Notes: a model not told the origin generated them from the sequence alone. A stretch of DNA of 64,000 nt from Octopus sinensis (GCF_006345805.1 NC_043005.1:16306001-16370000), one strand, 5' to 3'; positions 25,376-38,385 are shown, counted from the stretch's first letter. Translations and numbers: made by a program.

Positions 25376-26934
25376 AATACACTTTGAAATCAACATATAT
25401 ATATATATAAAACATACATTTGTACCCGCAACATCACATCCGAAAAATTTACTAGTTTTCAACACATAATTGCATAAATGAAGAACATGTAAAAATGATA
25501 CTAAAATTTACCTCCAACTCACTCCCCATTTCCCACTCTATAACCTGTCGTTCTCATATATAATAGTGTGTAGTAAATCCAAATAACTTCAGGCAAATTT
25601 CCTGCCAACCCATGTACGTTTTCGGTACATAATATTTCCTGATCGCATACTTTTACTTTATGCCAAAACTTACCAATTCATTGCAAGACATCTGGCCCCT
25701 GAAAAGAACAGAGTTTTCTTTTCTCTTTCTTTTTTTAATTTTTTTTGTATTTTTTGAATTCGTTTTCTATTTTGTTCCCCTTCCCTAATACAAACGATCT
25801 ATCTATTTCATCATCAAGTGACATATTGAACTAGCTTCTCTGTAAACCAAAACCAGCCTCAAAATGAAGGCGACTACCCATCAAACACCCGTCTGGTTCA
25901 CTGCTGAGTTCCCTGCAGTCTTCGCTAAAAACGTTCCCACGATTTCAGCTGACACTAGATATCGGTGTAAATTTCTCTCTTGTGTTATTTTGCGACAGAC
26001 TTTGCCTACTTTGGCTTGCGTAACATTAAACATTATTTCCATTCCGATATGAAACTCTTTCAGCTTTTCTCTCAAAACGTCTTGAAACAAGTTCTTTCAA
26101 ATGAAAGAGGCTACACTCACTGAAATAATAAATAGACTGTTATATAATATGATAGAGACGAGCGTTACTTCCGGTCTGTCTTCCATTTTCTCCATCTACT
26201 TCAATTCGGATGTGTACACGTACATGTGGCGTTTCTACGTATATTATGTGTTCGTGCCTGCATGCGCCCTCGAGCGTGTATGTATGAGCGTGTGTTTTCT
26301 ACCTATATCTTTTAATACATTTATACATAAATATACATATATGTGTGAATATATGTATGAGTATACATATGTACTCCTTTATATATATATATATATAGTC
26401 ATTGAAAGAGCACTTCCTTGAAGAAATTTTCGTCGGATATATGGACCCCAATATATGCCTGGTACTTATTATATAGCTCTCTTTTGCTGAAACGTAAACA
26501 CACCAACACCGGTTGTCAAGCGGTAATGGTAATATGCAACAATACATAATGTAATAAATGTGGATGTCAGTGTATCAGTGTGTCACACTTTTTCAGCTTT
26601 ATTCCTAGAGGTCATAGCTCAGCATATCACACCATTATGGAATCAAGCTAACTCCTAGGGTAAATTTAAAACATTCCGGGCCGATTCCGGACCCACAATC
26701 CTAAAATTTTGGATTCCCAAGTTTTCATTACAGTGATTGTTTACGGCGATCTTTTTACGTGACTTTTTGCGACAAACTTTTTATACGATAGCAATTTCTA
26801 TATACTCTAAAGGCTAACTACGTGAGTAAAATAAGAACATTCTTGGCTGAATCCGGACCCACAATCCTGAAATTTGGGATTCTCAAGTTTTCCTTACTGC
26901 GATTGTTTTCGACGATATTTTTTTACATGATTTG

Positions 26935-27020
26935 TTGCAACGAATATGATCATTATTGGGATATGACTCTGGAGGAAGCAATTGCAAGAAATTCTCCAAA
27001 ACAAGTCAGAGATCTGTCTG
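26935..27020 (+). mobile_element. Helitron Rep-Hel linker relic
   Basis: EYDHYWDMTLEEAIARNSPKQVRDL resembles the Helitron pattern D.HWD.TL.EA....SP.QIR.LF. It is followed by the palindrome cccgcgcggg, and a ~165-bp-period duplication lies upstream (26685-26930). Confidence 0.45.
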
Positions 27021-27147
27021 CAGATCTTCCCGCGCGGGTCAGTAGCTTAAAAGCTATATACTAGCTTAAAAGCCATCCGATTATAATTATGCTTATAATT
27101 ATAGAATGTTTGTATATACATATATATATATATTTATAAATATATAG

Positions 27148-27410
27148 GGAGAATTCACAAAAAAAAGAGACGAAGACAGGTGGTGTAGACAACAAACAGA
27201 CGTATTAGTTTAACGCTCGGGAAGTGAAAACGTTTTTGACGTTTTGAGCCTACGCTCTTTCACAAAAGGGATACAGAAAGAAATAAGGAGAGAAAATAAA
27301 GAATGTATAGTGGCTAGCGATCTATCATAGCGAATGCCGGACAAAGGAGTCACACAGGAGAGCTAGGAAGAAGGGGACATAATAAAGTAGTGGTGATCCC
27401 AAACGAAGGC
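27148..27410 (-). mobile_element. Penelope-like terminal fragment
   Basis: Aligns with 11047-11220 and 42768-42917; begins at a (TA)n junction. Confidence 0.6.
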
Positions 27411-27565
27411 TTCTTTCTGTTTCCTCTACCAAATCCACTCACAAAGATTTGGTCTACCCGATGCTACAGCCTCGGATTGAAGACACTTGCACAAGGTACT
27501 ACACAGTGGGACTGAAACCGAAACCATGTGGTTTAGAATGAAACTTCTTACCACACAGCCATACA
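27408..27565 (-). mobile_element. SINE B head
   Basis: ggcttctttctgtttcctctaccaaatccactcac..cttcttaccacacagcca. Confidence 0.75.
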
Positions 27566-27595
27566 TGTATACACATGTGTGTGTGTATGTGTGCT

Positions 27596-27647
<52 letters not shown>

Positions 27648-28099
27648 CGTGCATACATACACACATACGAAATTGTGTATATTTTTATTCAAATTCTACA
27701 GGTAATGTCTACACAAATTTGTGTGTGTGTATGTGTGTGTCTATGTATGTATGTCTGTATGTATGTATGCATGCATGTATGTATGGATGTATGTATGCAT
27801 GTGTGTGTGTGTATGTGTGTGTGTGTGTGTGTAAATATGTGTTCTTTACTGAGTTTGCATATGTAGATATATAGGTCATCTGGTTCGATCTCGCATTCGT
27901 ATGTGGATTTGTTTGGTATGTTCCCAGATTGAACTCTCGGGATTTTACTGATTTATTTATTTATTTATTTATTTATTCCATGATGTGAGAAAGAACTTTT
28001 GATATATCACCGTGGATGAGAATATATGTGTTTTACTACCAAGAAATCGATGATCAATTACTGGCACTGCGAATAGGTATGACAATAAGGTAAAGACAT

Positions 28100-28520
28100 A
28101 CGAAATACCTATTTCTTTATTACCCACAAGGGGCCAAACATAGAGGGGACAAACAAGGACAGACATAGGTATTAAGTCGATTACATCGACCCCAGTGCGT
28201 AACTGGTACTTAATTTATCGACCCCGATAAGTGCGGGAACGAAATTTGGTTAATAGGTGAAAATCCAAGTCCAACTCAGGATGTTAAAGGCTTTTTCATT
28301 GCCCCACAAAAGTTTTAGGGGTTTCAAGCGAATCCCTGCACACTATTCCCGGGCTTATGCACCGAGGCAATGAGATTCAGTAATATGTTGAACTCTATCG
28401 TTTGTTGAACTCTATCTGATCTTATTGTAAATTCAGTAAATTCGACCTCGGCGGAATTTGAACTCACAACGTAACGGCAGACGAAATACCGCTAAGCATT
28501 TCGCCCGACGTGCTAAGATT
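28100..28520 (-). mobile_element. SINE family D split by a ~210-bp insertion
   Basis: The D sequence stops at ..atcgaccccga (28226) and resumes at aaattcgacctcggcgg (about 28439). Confidence 0.8.
28227..28438 (+). repeat. Internally deleted copy of an unclassified element
   Basis: Shares its start (taagtgcgggaacgaaattt) and end (ctgatcttattgtaa) with 30103-30440. Confidence 0.75.
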
Positions 28521-28866
28521 GTACCACCTCACGTCTCCCCTATGGAATTGACTTTGAAAGGTTCGAAAAGTTGTTGTTGGCAAAGAATAAAGAACGAGAA
28601 ACCTATGGTACGGCCACAGCTGCGTGCTTTAATGAATGGCAAAAACAGGAGCAATATATCTGATAATCAGGATAGATGAGGTTTATCAGCAGTGTCACTA
28701 GCATACAAAAGCCAAATAATCGCGGACCGACAATAATTACGGACCAGTAATTAAGGCGTTCAACGTTGAAATTGGAAGGCGATAAGAACCTTGACTATAT
28801 CTGCTCAGTACCTTAAAATGATGTCAAAATGGATATTCAGATTAGACAAAGCTGAGACAGTAACTA

Positions 28867-29039
28867 TAGGCGCAGGAGTGGCTGTGTGGTAAGTAGCTTG
28901 TTTACCAACCACATGGTTCCGGGTTCAGTCCCACTGCGTGGCACCTTGGGCAAGTGTCTTCTACTATAGCCTCGGGCCGACCAATACTTTGTGAGTGGAT
29001 TTGGTAGACAGAAACTGAAAAAAGCATGTCGCATATATG

Positions 29040-29107
<68 letters not shown>

Positions 29108-29299
29108 TCAACCTAGCATTGCTTGACAACCGATGCTGGTGCGTTTACGTCCCCGTCACTTAGCGGTTCGGCAAAAGAGACCGATAGAATAAGTACTGGG
29201 CTTACAAAGAATAAGTCCCGGGGTCGATTTGCTCGACTAAAGGCGGTGCTCCAGCATGGCCGCAGTCAAATGACTGAAACAAGTAAAAGAGTAAAAGAG
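28867..29299 (+). mobile_element. Full-length SINE B
   Basis: Head taggcgcaggagtggc, central (TA)(TG)n and tail gtaaaagagtaaaagag. Confidence 0.92.
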
Positions 29300-30102
29300 T
29301 ATCCGTGATTTGGCGCGGAAAGTTCAAAATGTGATGTAATCAACGTAGTCTTTTTGGGGTGGATTATTATGACCGCTTCAAATGCTGCGAATACCATTAA
29401 AAAAGGCCGGGTGGAAGAGACGTGTGCTAGTAAATTATTTTATATTTACTAGAGAGAGAGGCTGTGTATAGTGATGTTGCAAAATGCCTTCCTCTTTAAC
29501 ATCATGATGAAGGAGTTAAAATTACCAAAAGCCAATTGCCGTATGATATCGTGTTGCTACAATAATTCTGACAGGAAGGAAATGAAGTGTGAGAAATTGA
29601 TGAGATAGCGAAGTCCAACATAGAAAGGAAAGAAGTGGGGAATGTTGAGCGGTACACGCTGACAGGAATTGGGTATATGTGAAATAATTTGGGTTACCCG
29701 TCAGAATATCAAAGACAGGCAAGATACAGTGAGCAGAGAAATTAGAATGGTTGAAGAGGAGTATATCTACAGAAATAGGGTTGGAAAGCCGCAGCAGAGG
29801 AAAAGCACGAGAGACAACTGAGCAAAAAAGCTGCTGTGGAGCATATTGCGGAAAATACAGCATAAAGTCAGCCAGGTCGAGTTTCTCCTTAGCATGATGT
29901 ATGATTTATTTCTATCGCCAACAATATTGAACTGTTGGGTTGGAGTGAATCTTCTGATTGCCATCGTTAAATTTCCTTGCATCGTTGGTGGATATTTTGG
30001 CAACATTGCAAGTCATCTCTGCAGTGTATTACTGGTGGTATAAACAAGTCTAGACTATCTTTGCAGATGCACTAAAATATACTGGAGTATCACCGAGCCT
30101 CA

Positions 30103-30440
30103 TAAGTGCGGGAACGAAATTTTCTTAGTGGGTGAAAATCCAAGTCCAACTCAGGATGTTAAAGGCTTTTTTCATTGCCCCACAAAAGTTTTAGGGGTTT
30201 CAAGCGAATCCCTGCACTGTTCCCGGGCTTATGCACCGTGGCAATGAGATTCAGTAATATGTTGCACTCTATCGTTTTCCGCAAGGATGATAAGAAAAGG
30301 TAAGGCAAGGATGTAAAGAGGGCTGCGGCCCACATTTCTGAAATGTATAAATAACTGGAAGATGCAAGTGGGTTTGAAGAAAGCGCTAGTATTTCCAAGT
30401 TACCTTGCAATAACGAATTAATGCTCTGATCTTATTGTAA
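30103..30440 (+). repeat. Longer (~340 bp) copy of the unclassified element
   Basis: The first ~175 bp match 28227-28400; there is about 130 bp of extra internal sequence. Confidence 0.75.
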
Positions 30441-31299
30441 TGTTCGACTTGACCAAAGTAAATTCAGATTTTGTTTTTAGTTGATGGTGCCTTGAAATGA
30501 CAATATGGAGTGGGACCTAAAATGTTAAGGACCTGGGAAATTGTGAGCAAACGAAGCACGATGGCTTTGTCTAATGAACTACTAGTTGTGATTGGATCTC
30601 ATAGACTTGCAGCTAGATTCACAGTATCCTAAATGGCTGGCATCAGACTTTAGAAGGATGACACAAGAGTGGTTCGCGAACTTTAAGGAGTTGTGGGGGA
30701 GCAGAACAGCTTTCATCACAAATACCACAGAGACATGTAAAAAAGAAAAAAACGAAAACGAAGCGAAGGACAAATATTTAGCCAATAGTAAAACAAAATA
30801 TTTACTGAATGGCTGGAAAGGTTGCAGATGGCCCTGTTCAGTTTGGTGACTGCACAGAAAATAAGAATTTAAAAAGCTATGTTTCAATGTAAACCAGACA
30901 TTCCCTGGTAATAGTCATGCTGCTTGGCGCCGCCCTAAGTGATGCTGTCTGTTGTTGATACGTTTGCATTAGCTGTTGCAGCTATTGCAACTGTTGTTGT
31001 TGCTGATGTTGTTACGGTTGCTGCATTGCTGTTCATAACTTCAGTTTGTTTCCGTCACCCTAACTACCATCACCCATCGCCAGTCTTAACACGCCCATCA
31101 CCCATAAACTCCATCGTCACTGCCATTTCGACTGTCCGTTGCAACCACTACCCATCGCTACTAAAAACACTAGGACATGCAAGATGAAGTAGTTTTAAAT
31201 ACACTACCTGAGTAAAAGACGAGATGGTCGTGTCTGAAGCGCCTTTATCGCAGGTAATCTTGATATTTGCACTAAACGACATCAACCGCTATCAAGCTT

Positions 31300-32190
31300 T
31301 TAACATCACCACCACCAACAACAACAACACCGTCACCATCAGTACTACCACCATCCATCACCACCAACACCACCAACACTACCACCGCCAATCATCACTG
31401 CAACCATTACCACCACCGCAGCCACCACTCCCAACATCACCACTACTACCTTCGCCACTATAACACCACTATAACCATCAACATCACTACTACCACCATC
31501 ATCACCACCATCAGTACCATACCACCACCACTACAATACCACCACCGCTACCACCAATACCATACCATCGCCTTCACTTCTTCGCCGCTATCACCACCAC
31601 TATTACCATCGCGAAACTCCTACCCACTCACTAACAACACCAATACCAAAACCACCACCACCACCACTACTACTACTACTACTACAAACACGACTACCAC
31701 CACAACCACCACCACCACCACTATAACCAGCACAACCAGCCACAACTACCATCACCACCACAACTACTACTACTACAAACACGACTACCACCACCACCAC
31801 CACCACTATAACCAGCACAGCCGGCCACCACTACCACCACCACCACAACTACTACTACTACAAACACGACTACCACCACAACCACAACCACCACTATAAC
31901 CAGCACAGCCGGCCACCACTACCCCACCACCACAACTACTACTACTACAAACACGACTACCACCACAACCACCACCACAACCACCACCACCACTATAACC
32001 AGCACAGCCGGCCACCACTACCACCACCACCACAACTACTACTACTACAAACACGACTACCACCACAACCACCACCACCACCAGCACTACTATAACTAGC
32101 ACAGTCAGCCACCACCACTACCACCACCACAACTACTACTACTACTGCTACTACTACTACTACTACAAACACCACTACCACCACCATCGA
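31300..32190. repeat. ACC/ACT trinucleotide-derived minisatellite
   Basis: The anchor aaacacgactaccacc..actataaccagcaca recurs about six times at 85-115 bp spacing. Confidence 0.8.
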
Positions 32191-33044
32191 ATTCTCACGC
32201 TGTGAAAGTCTCCAGTTCTTGTTAAATTGCTTGCTTGCATATTTCCCTTTTTTCTCTCTATATTTTTTTCTTGTTATTTTATCATTTGGATATAAGGGGT
32301 GTGGTGTAGGGAGTTAGCTTCGTATGTAATCCTTTAAGGTCTAATATAGGGTCTTCCCTCCCCCTTTCCTCTCAGAACACCACCACCAACACCAACACCA
32401 CCACCATTTCGCAACATTAATTTATCCACCCCCCTTCTCCTCCTCCTCATATCCATGTCAATGCCAACTCCTAACCAGGCACCCGGGTATAGCTTTCCAT
32501 CGCCCTAATTTTTCCTCCCTTAAATACCCAACACCCTCATCACTTTCCTTCCTTCTCCCTTTTTTTCTCACTGCTCTTTTCTCTCCCTCTTTCTCTCTCT
32601 TTTTCCATTCACTCTCCTTGACTCTGTCTCTCTCATGTATATATATACATATATACACACATATATATATATATCTGAATCTAAATTTTTGCGATATATA
32701 TGTGTCGGGCTCCCTTCTTTCTACCTGTCTCTTTCTGTGTCCCTCTCTCTCTATTACTTTCTCCCTCTCTTCCTCTCTATCTCTCTTTCTCTTTCTCTCT
32801 CTATCTATCTATCTATCTTCCTTATATTAAAAGGACACCTCACCCCACACACGATATCCACATTCGACATAAACCAGGGCTCAGCAAAATTATATTCTAA
32901 AAGCTAAGCAACTTGTTACAACGTGACAGTGGTGATGGTGGGGTGGTAATAGCGGTGGTGGTGGTGGTGATGGTGATGGTGGTGGTGGTAGTAGTTGCGG
33001 CGAAGGTGGGAGTGGTGTTGGTGATGGTAGAGACAGCTGTTGCT

Positions 33045-33250
33045 GTTGTTGTTGTTGTTGTTGTTTAACCCCAGGCTTGTCCTGATGGAGAAAATCTACG
33101 ATCAAAGATATTCCAATTGTGACCAACCCGTTCTTTTCTTATGTCCAAAGAACCCAAAACCCCAATTCTGCAACTCGGCCTTTTCCAAGGCGACAAGGTG
33201 TACTTTGAGAGAGATTTTTTGCTGCGATTTCTAGCAGGTCCAACGACCGT
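33045..33250 (-). mobile_element. Retroposon 3' end with an (AAC)n tail (family C)
   Basis: Minus strand gacctgctagaaatcgcagc..tatctttgatcgtag..ggggttaaac(aac)n. Related degenerate pieces lie near 4850, 55500, 59110-59270, 59710-59790 and 60330-60520. Confidence 0.55.
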
Positions 33251-33533
33251 GCAGAGCTCACTTGTAGTGGTGGTGGTGGTAGTGGTGCTGGTGGTGGTAG
33301 TGGTGGTGATGGTGATAGCGCTGATATTTTGCTGACGGTGGTTGTGTTGATGATGACTATGGTTACGGAGATGGCAGCGGTGGTGGTGGTGGTGGTGACG
33401 GTGACGGTGGTGGTGGTGGTGGTGGTGTGGTGGTGGTGGTGGAAGTGATAACATTCAGTATGGCCATAGTGGTGGTCATGTGATAAGGATAATGATATCA
33501 GTTTCGGTGATAATGATGATGACACGGGCGATG

Positions 33534-33581
<48 letters not shown>

Positions 33582-33967
33582 ATGGAGTTAATGTTAGTGT
33601 GAATGGAATGATAGGGTTAATGATGCTGAAGATGGTGACAATGGTTGTGGTGGCAATAGTGGTGGTGGTGGTGGAGGTGGTAGTGGTGATGGTGGTGGCA
33701 GTTGTGGTTGGGTTGTGGTGGTCGTGGTCGTGGTGGAAGGGATTATTTTTCGTCTTTTGTTGGTTAAAAAAAAAAGGCGGGTTTTTTTTGCTGATGGTAG
33801 AACGGAGGCAGTTGTAGTGGTGGTAGTATACACCACAGTACCGTAGAGGTAGGGTTACTTACGGTGACGACGTAGGTGTGGTTGGGAGGTAGTGCTTGAA
33901 AACAGTGGTGAGAGAATAATTTCTTTTCTTCTGATATTGCCATGTATCAGTGTTACAATTTACGACC

Positions 33968-34043
<76 letters not shown>

Positions 34044-34528
34044 TGTCGTTGTTGTTGGAAGTACTTTTATCTTTGGTTCTGGAATCTAAAATAATTGAAA
34101 TATCTTTGTATTGGTTTCTGTCATATTTTACTCGTATCTGGGACGCCGAGTATCCAGTATCCAGCTTGTCATAAGCTAGTTTGTTGAATCAGTAATTTGT
34201 GGATAAACCAAACAAGTGCACTGGGTCACCGCTGCATACGTAGTCATAGTTAAGACAGCGCGGGGGGGGAGGGGATCACCATTGGGCGAATTTAGCCAGA
34301 GCTGGAGAACATTTGGACGCTATTGTGTAGCGGTACTTTTTGGTTACCTCAACCCCATTAAAATAATTGCCATTAAAAAATTGGGTTACCTCCCTTCTAA
34401 AAAATTGAGTTTGTGGCGACAAGAGATTGGATTAAAAGGGTTAGATCCTTTTGATTCATTACTTCAATATATTGTTAACTTTTGGCCTCTTCAATAGACA
34501 TGGAGTGATTTGTTATAAAAATGTTATT

Positions 34529-34697
34529 GGAGGCGTAAGGGTGGCTGCGTGGTAAGTAACTTACGAACCACATGGTTCCAGGTTCAGTCACACTGCGTGG
34601 CACCTTGGGCAAGTGTCTTCTACTATATCCTCGGGCAAACCAAAGCCTTGTGAGTAGATTTGCTGGACAGAAACTGAAAGAAGCCCATCGTATATAT
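34529..34697 (+). mobile_element. SINE B head (a B tail fragment lies at about 35380-35470)
   Basis: ggctgcgtggtaagtaacttacgaaccacatggttcc..ctgaaagaagcccatcg. Confidence 0.8.
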
Positions 34698-35059
34698 ATT
34701 CTTAATCTCAACCATCAATTCCACAATTCACAATTTCCTCACACACACAAAAAACAAAAAACTCCTCAACCCTTCACCTCCTTCCCCTCCCCCATCCCCT
34801 ACATCCTCCCCTCCAGCTACCCCGACTCCCTCCAATCCCGTAAAGCACCACCCCCTTCCCCCTGCACTTTCCACGGACCCACACATACCCCACCCTGACT
34901 TTCCTACGCCTACCCCATCTTCACCGAACCATTCCATCTCTTCTCCCCACACCTCTGCACCCCCTCTTCCTGACCCCACTCATCCCACCACCTTGCTTCC
35001 TCGCACTGTTGTCACTATAGCCCCCAATCTCCCCCTCTCCGCTGCCGAGCGCTCTCTCC

Positions 35060-35230
35060 TCATTCAAAATGTGACCGCGTGTGTACCGTTGGCGATTTTT
35101 TTTACTCTGTCTTCCCTTCTCTGGATCTTTCCTTCTCCTATGTTTCCGACGAAGAGCTCCGCTCGAAACGTTAAACCCTCCTTCTTTCCTTCTTTCCTGA
35201 GCGTCCAATAATACTATATTTGTTCCACGT
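35060..35230 (+). mobile_element. Penelope-like terminal fragment (another family) with a hammerhead-like motif
   Basis: gttt-CCGACGA-a-GAGC-tcc-GCTC-GAAACGTT-aaac at 35142-35176. Confidence 0.55.
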
Positions 35231-35271
35231 CCTCGCGTTGTTGTGCTTTTTGTGCTTTCTTGTTTGGATTA

Positions 35272-35314
<43 letters not shown>

Positions 35315-35839
35315 TTATAAATATGTATGTATATATGTATGTATTATGCATGTATGTATGTGTGTGTATGTTTGTGTGTCAATGTTTTCCCCTCCAACAT
35401 CGTTTGACAACCGATGCTGGTGTGTTTACGTCCCCGTAACTTAGCGGTTCGGTAAAAGAGTAAAAAGAGATTCAATAAGATGTTTAATTTTTTCACTTTT
35501 CATGTTTATTAATTTATCTTTTTCTTTGTTTTATTGAGGGTTAAACAATTTTTTTAGTTGGGGGAGATAACCCGAGATTTTAATGGGGGTGAGATAACCT
35601 GTGTAGCTAGTTATAATTATGTAATTTGTATAATACTACGTACTTAACCGTAACTATGACGCTGAGCCATCTTTGTGGAGATAGCTGTGGCAATGAAACA
35701 ACGCCATCATTGTAGAGATAGCCGTAAGTACGACATGATACAAGGCCACCATCGTAAGCGTAGTCGTAACAAGACAGACCTTAAATAGGTACTCATTCTA
35801 GGATGCGCTGACACAGCTATTTAACTCGTCATAACTAGA

Positions 35840-36240
35840 ATGCTTGTATTTCCTTCAAAAACCTGGACGTTATCAAAGAAGCTTGAGAGGCGGTTGGATG
35901 GAACCTACACTCGCCTCCTTATGAGAGCTCAAAATCTCTCGTGGAAGCGTCATCCAACCAAAATGCAAATATATGGGAAACTACCACCTGTGTCATCTCT
36001 TGTGAAAGGTAAGAGAGTCCAGTTTGCTGGACATTGTTGTAGAGCTTGAAAACGAGGCAACTTCTACTCTTCTCCTCTGGAAGCCATCTACTCGCAATAC
36101 CAGAAGGCGCACACTCTCCTACCCTGATGTAATCTCCAGGGATATACAGGCATCCAGCAACAGGACCTCCGTAATGCCATGATGGACCGTGAAGTCTGGC
36201 GTAGCATGGTAAATTCCATTGTCTCGACCACTGTCGAACA

Positions 36241-36270
<30 letters not shown>
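35840..36270 (+). mobile_element. RTE-group LINE 3' end with a (TGA)n tail
   Basis: TWTLSKKLERRLDGTYTRLLMRAQNLSWKRHPT..VQFAGHCCRA, then SYPDVISRDTG..MMDREVWRSMV; frameshift near 36046. Confidence 0.88.
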
Positions 36271-36271
<1 letters not shown>

Positions 36272-36739
36272 CCTTCACAATGTATAATTTGACCTGACTG
36301 ATAAATAGTATTATCATTTTGTTTGTAGACGTAACTAATCATAACTTCAGATTGTCGTAAATGAGGTTGTGCATTGCTGGTAATTATTATAACAGTCCTG
36401 GGTAAGAATTTAAGCTGCATCCGATAGTGGGGCCCTGCGCCGGGAGTTCCAGAGTTCTAAGGAGAGAGGAACCACTTCTCAGTCATTATTGTTCTTAAGT
36501 CTACTCGAATCTAGAGTAATAGCACCTGTCAAGCTCCCAGCTATGGATTAATTAGCATATCAGGGCTTGCTTACCTATGCAGGTGAAGACCAAATCCGGT
36601 GGACTCTGCAGAAGAAGCCTTCATGGCTCAACGCAGAGGAAGGCGGCTGCAGCAACGCATTGTGGAGTTCAAAGAGCAAAATGAGGCAAGTAAGACATCT
36701 TGGTCTTCCAAGATCTCCAAGGTCTTCCAAGGTCTTCTC

Positions 36740-37060
36740 AAAATCTCTCGTGGAAGCGCCATCTAACCAAAATGCAAATATATGGGAAACTACCACCTGT
36801 GTCATCTCTTGTGAAAAGTAAGAGAGTCCAGTTTGCTGGACATTGTTGTAGAGCTGAAAAAGAAGTAATTTCTACTCTTCTCCTCTGGAAGCCATCTACT
36901 CGCAATGCCAGAGGGCGCACACTCTCCTACCCTGATGTAATCTCCAGGGATACAGGCATCCAGCAACAGGACCTCCGTAATGCCATGATGGACCGTGAAG
37001 TCTGGCGTAGCATGGTAAATTCCATTGTCTCGACCACGGTCGAACAATGATGATGATGAT
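36740..37060 (+). mobile_element. Second, shorter copy of the same RTE 3' end
   Basis: QNLSWKRHLTKMQIYGKLPPVSSLVKSKRVQFAGHCCRAEKEVISTLLLWKP..DREVWRSMVNSIVSTTVEQ*, then (TGA)n. Confidence 0.88.
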
Positions 37061-37319
37061 GGTCTTCCACTGCATCCGTCTCCTTCCACAATCATCTTGA
37101 CCACTTTAGAACAAAACACTTTAGAAGGACATTGCTTGTGTAGTTTAGTTATGACTGGGTTGTAAATGCCACCGATAATGCAAGGACGTGTTTATGTTTC
37201 GAAAGAATTAAGTGTTACTTTTTATTACTAGACGACTGCATGCATTTTTGTACATTGAAACACGGTAGCACACTCCTTCATTTGAATTTCAACATCAGCA
37301 ACAGGGTATTTTTGTTAGT

Positions 37320-37650
37320 ATGTATGTATGTATGTATGTATGTATGTATGTATGTATGTATGTATGTATGTATGTATGTATGTATGTATGTATGTATGTA
37401 TGTATGTATGTATTTATGTATGTATGTATGTATGTTGTATTTATGTATGTATGTATGTATGTATGTATGTATGTATGTATGTATGTGTGTGTGTGTGTAT
37501 GTATGTATGTATTTATGTATGTATGTATTTATGTATGTATGTATTTATGTATGTATGTATGTATGTATGTATGTATGTATGTATGTATGTATGTATTTAT
37601 GTATGTATGTATGTATTTATGTATGTATGTATGTATGTATGTATGTATGT
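37320..37650. repeat. (TATG)n microsatellite
   Basis: Direct reading. Confidence 0.9.
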
Positions 37651-37668
37651 CATAATTAACATTATCTG

Positions 37669-38105
37669 TCATGTTTGCAAATTCTTCTCTCTCTCTTTCT
37701 CTCTCTCTCTCCTTCTCTCCCTCACTCCTTTCTTTTTGCCGTACCTATTTCCTATTCCTGGGTGACCAACGTGTTTCCTTTAAGCGAGACATAATGATAT
37801 CACTTATCACTGATCTACAATACGTTCCTCTTTCTGCCTGTACTGTTATTCCCCTAGTTTGTAAGATATCTATTCCTGTATCACTCTCTGCTGATATCAT
37901 TATTGGTTCTTCTCTAGATTTCTATTTAAGTCAGTCAAGCTACCACTGGATTACACAGAGCAACAATACACTCAGAGTGGTGTGCTCGTTTCTCCCTTTA
38001 CTCTTCAATAGATGCTGTCTGGCTGATACAGTGAGACACTTGCCTCACTCTCTCTATCCCACCGTGTAACATTCATTCTTTTAATGTCACAGTCGATGTG
38101 GAATT
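37669..38105 (+). repeat. Unclassified ~440-bp dispersed repeat, copy 2
   Basis: Matches 22880-23320. Confidence 0.85.
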
Positions 38106-38160
38106 TATTGGGTTGTCCGGAAAGTTCGTGCCGATTTTTAAGGGAAAGAAAAAGGTCTTC
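38106..38160 (-). mobile_element. Isolated mariner 3' TIR fragment
   Basis: tattgggttgtccggaaagttcgtgccgatttttaagggaaagaaaa matches the reverse complement of the end of 18045-18868. Confidence 0.7.
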
Positions 38161-38385
38161 CAACCACATAACTATTGCACCAGTATTCTTTAAAAATTCT
38201 GACAATGAAGAGATGCGCCATTATTCTGAAACACTGAGAACCTCTGACACTGCAGATGTACACCGATATTCCAAGATATGGAGTTCAAGTTCTGAGACCA
38301 GCGGCATCGAGCTTCTAAACCAACTTAGAAATGCATAAACAATCATATGTTCGAAGACAACAGAGCGAGGCATAACTTTTGGTAA

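Noticed and set aside
28227-30278. The two ~175-bp direct repeats as LTRs of one retroelement
   Set aside because: No TG..CA ends, PBS/PPT or gag/pol between them, and the left copy sits inside a SINE.
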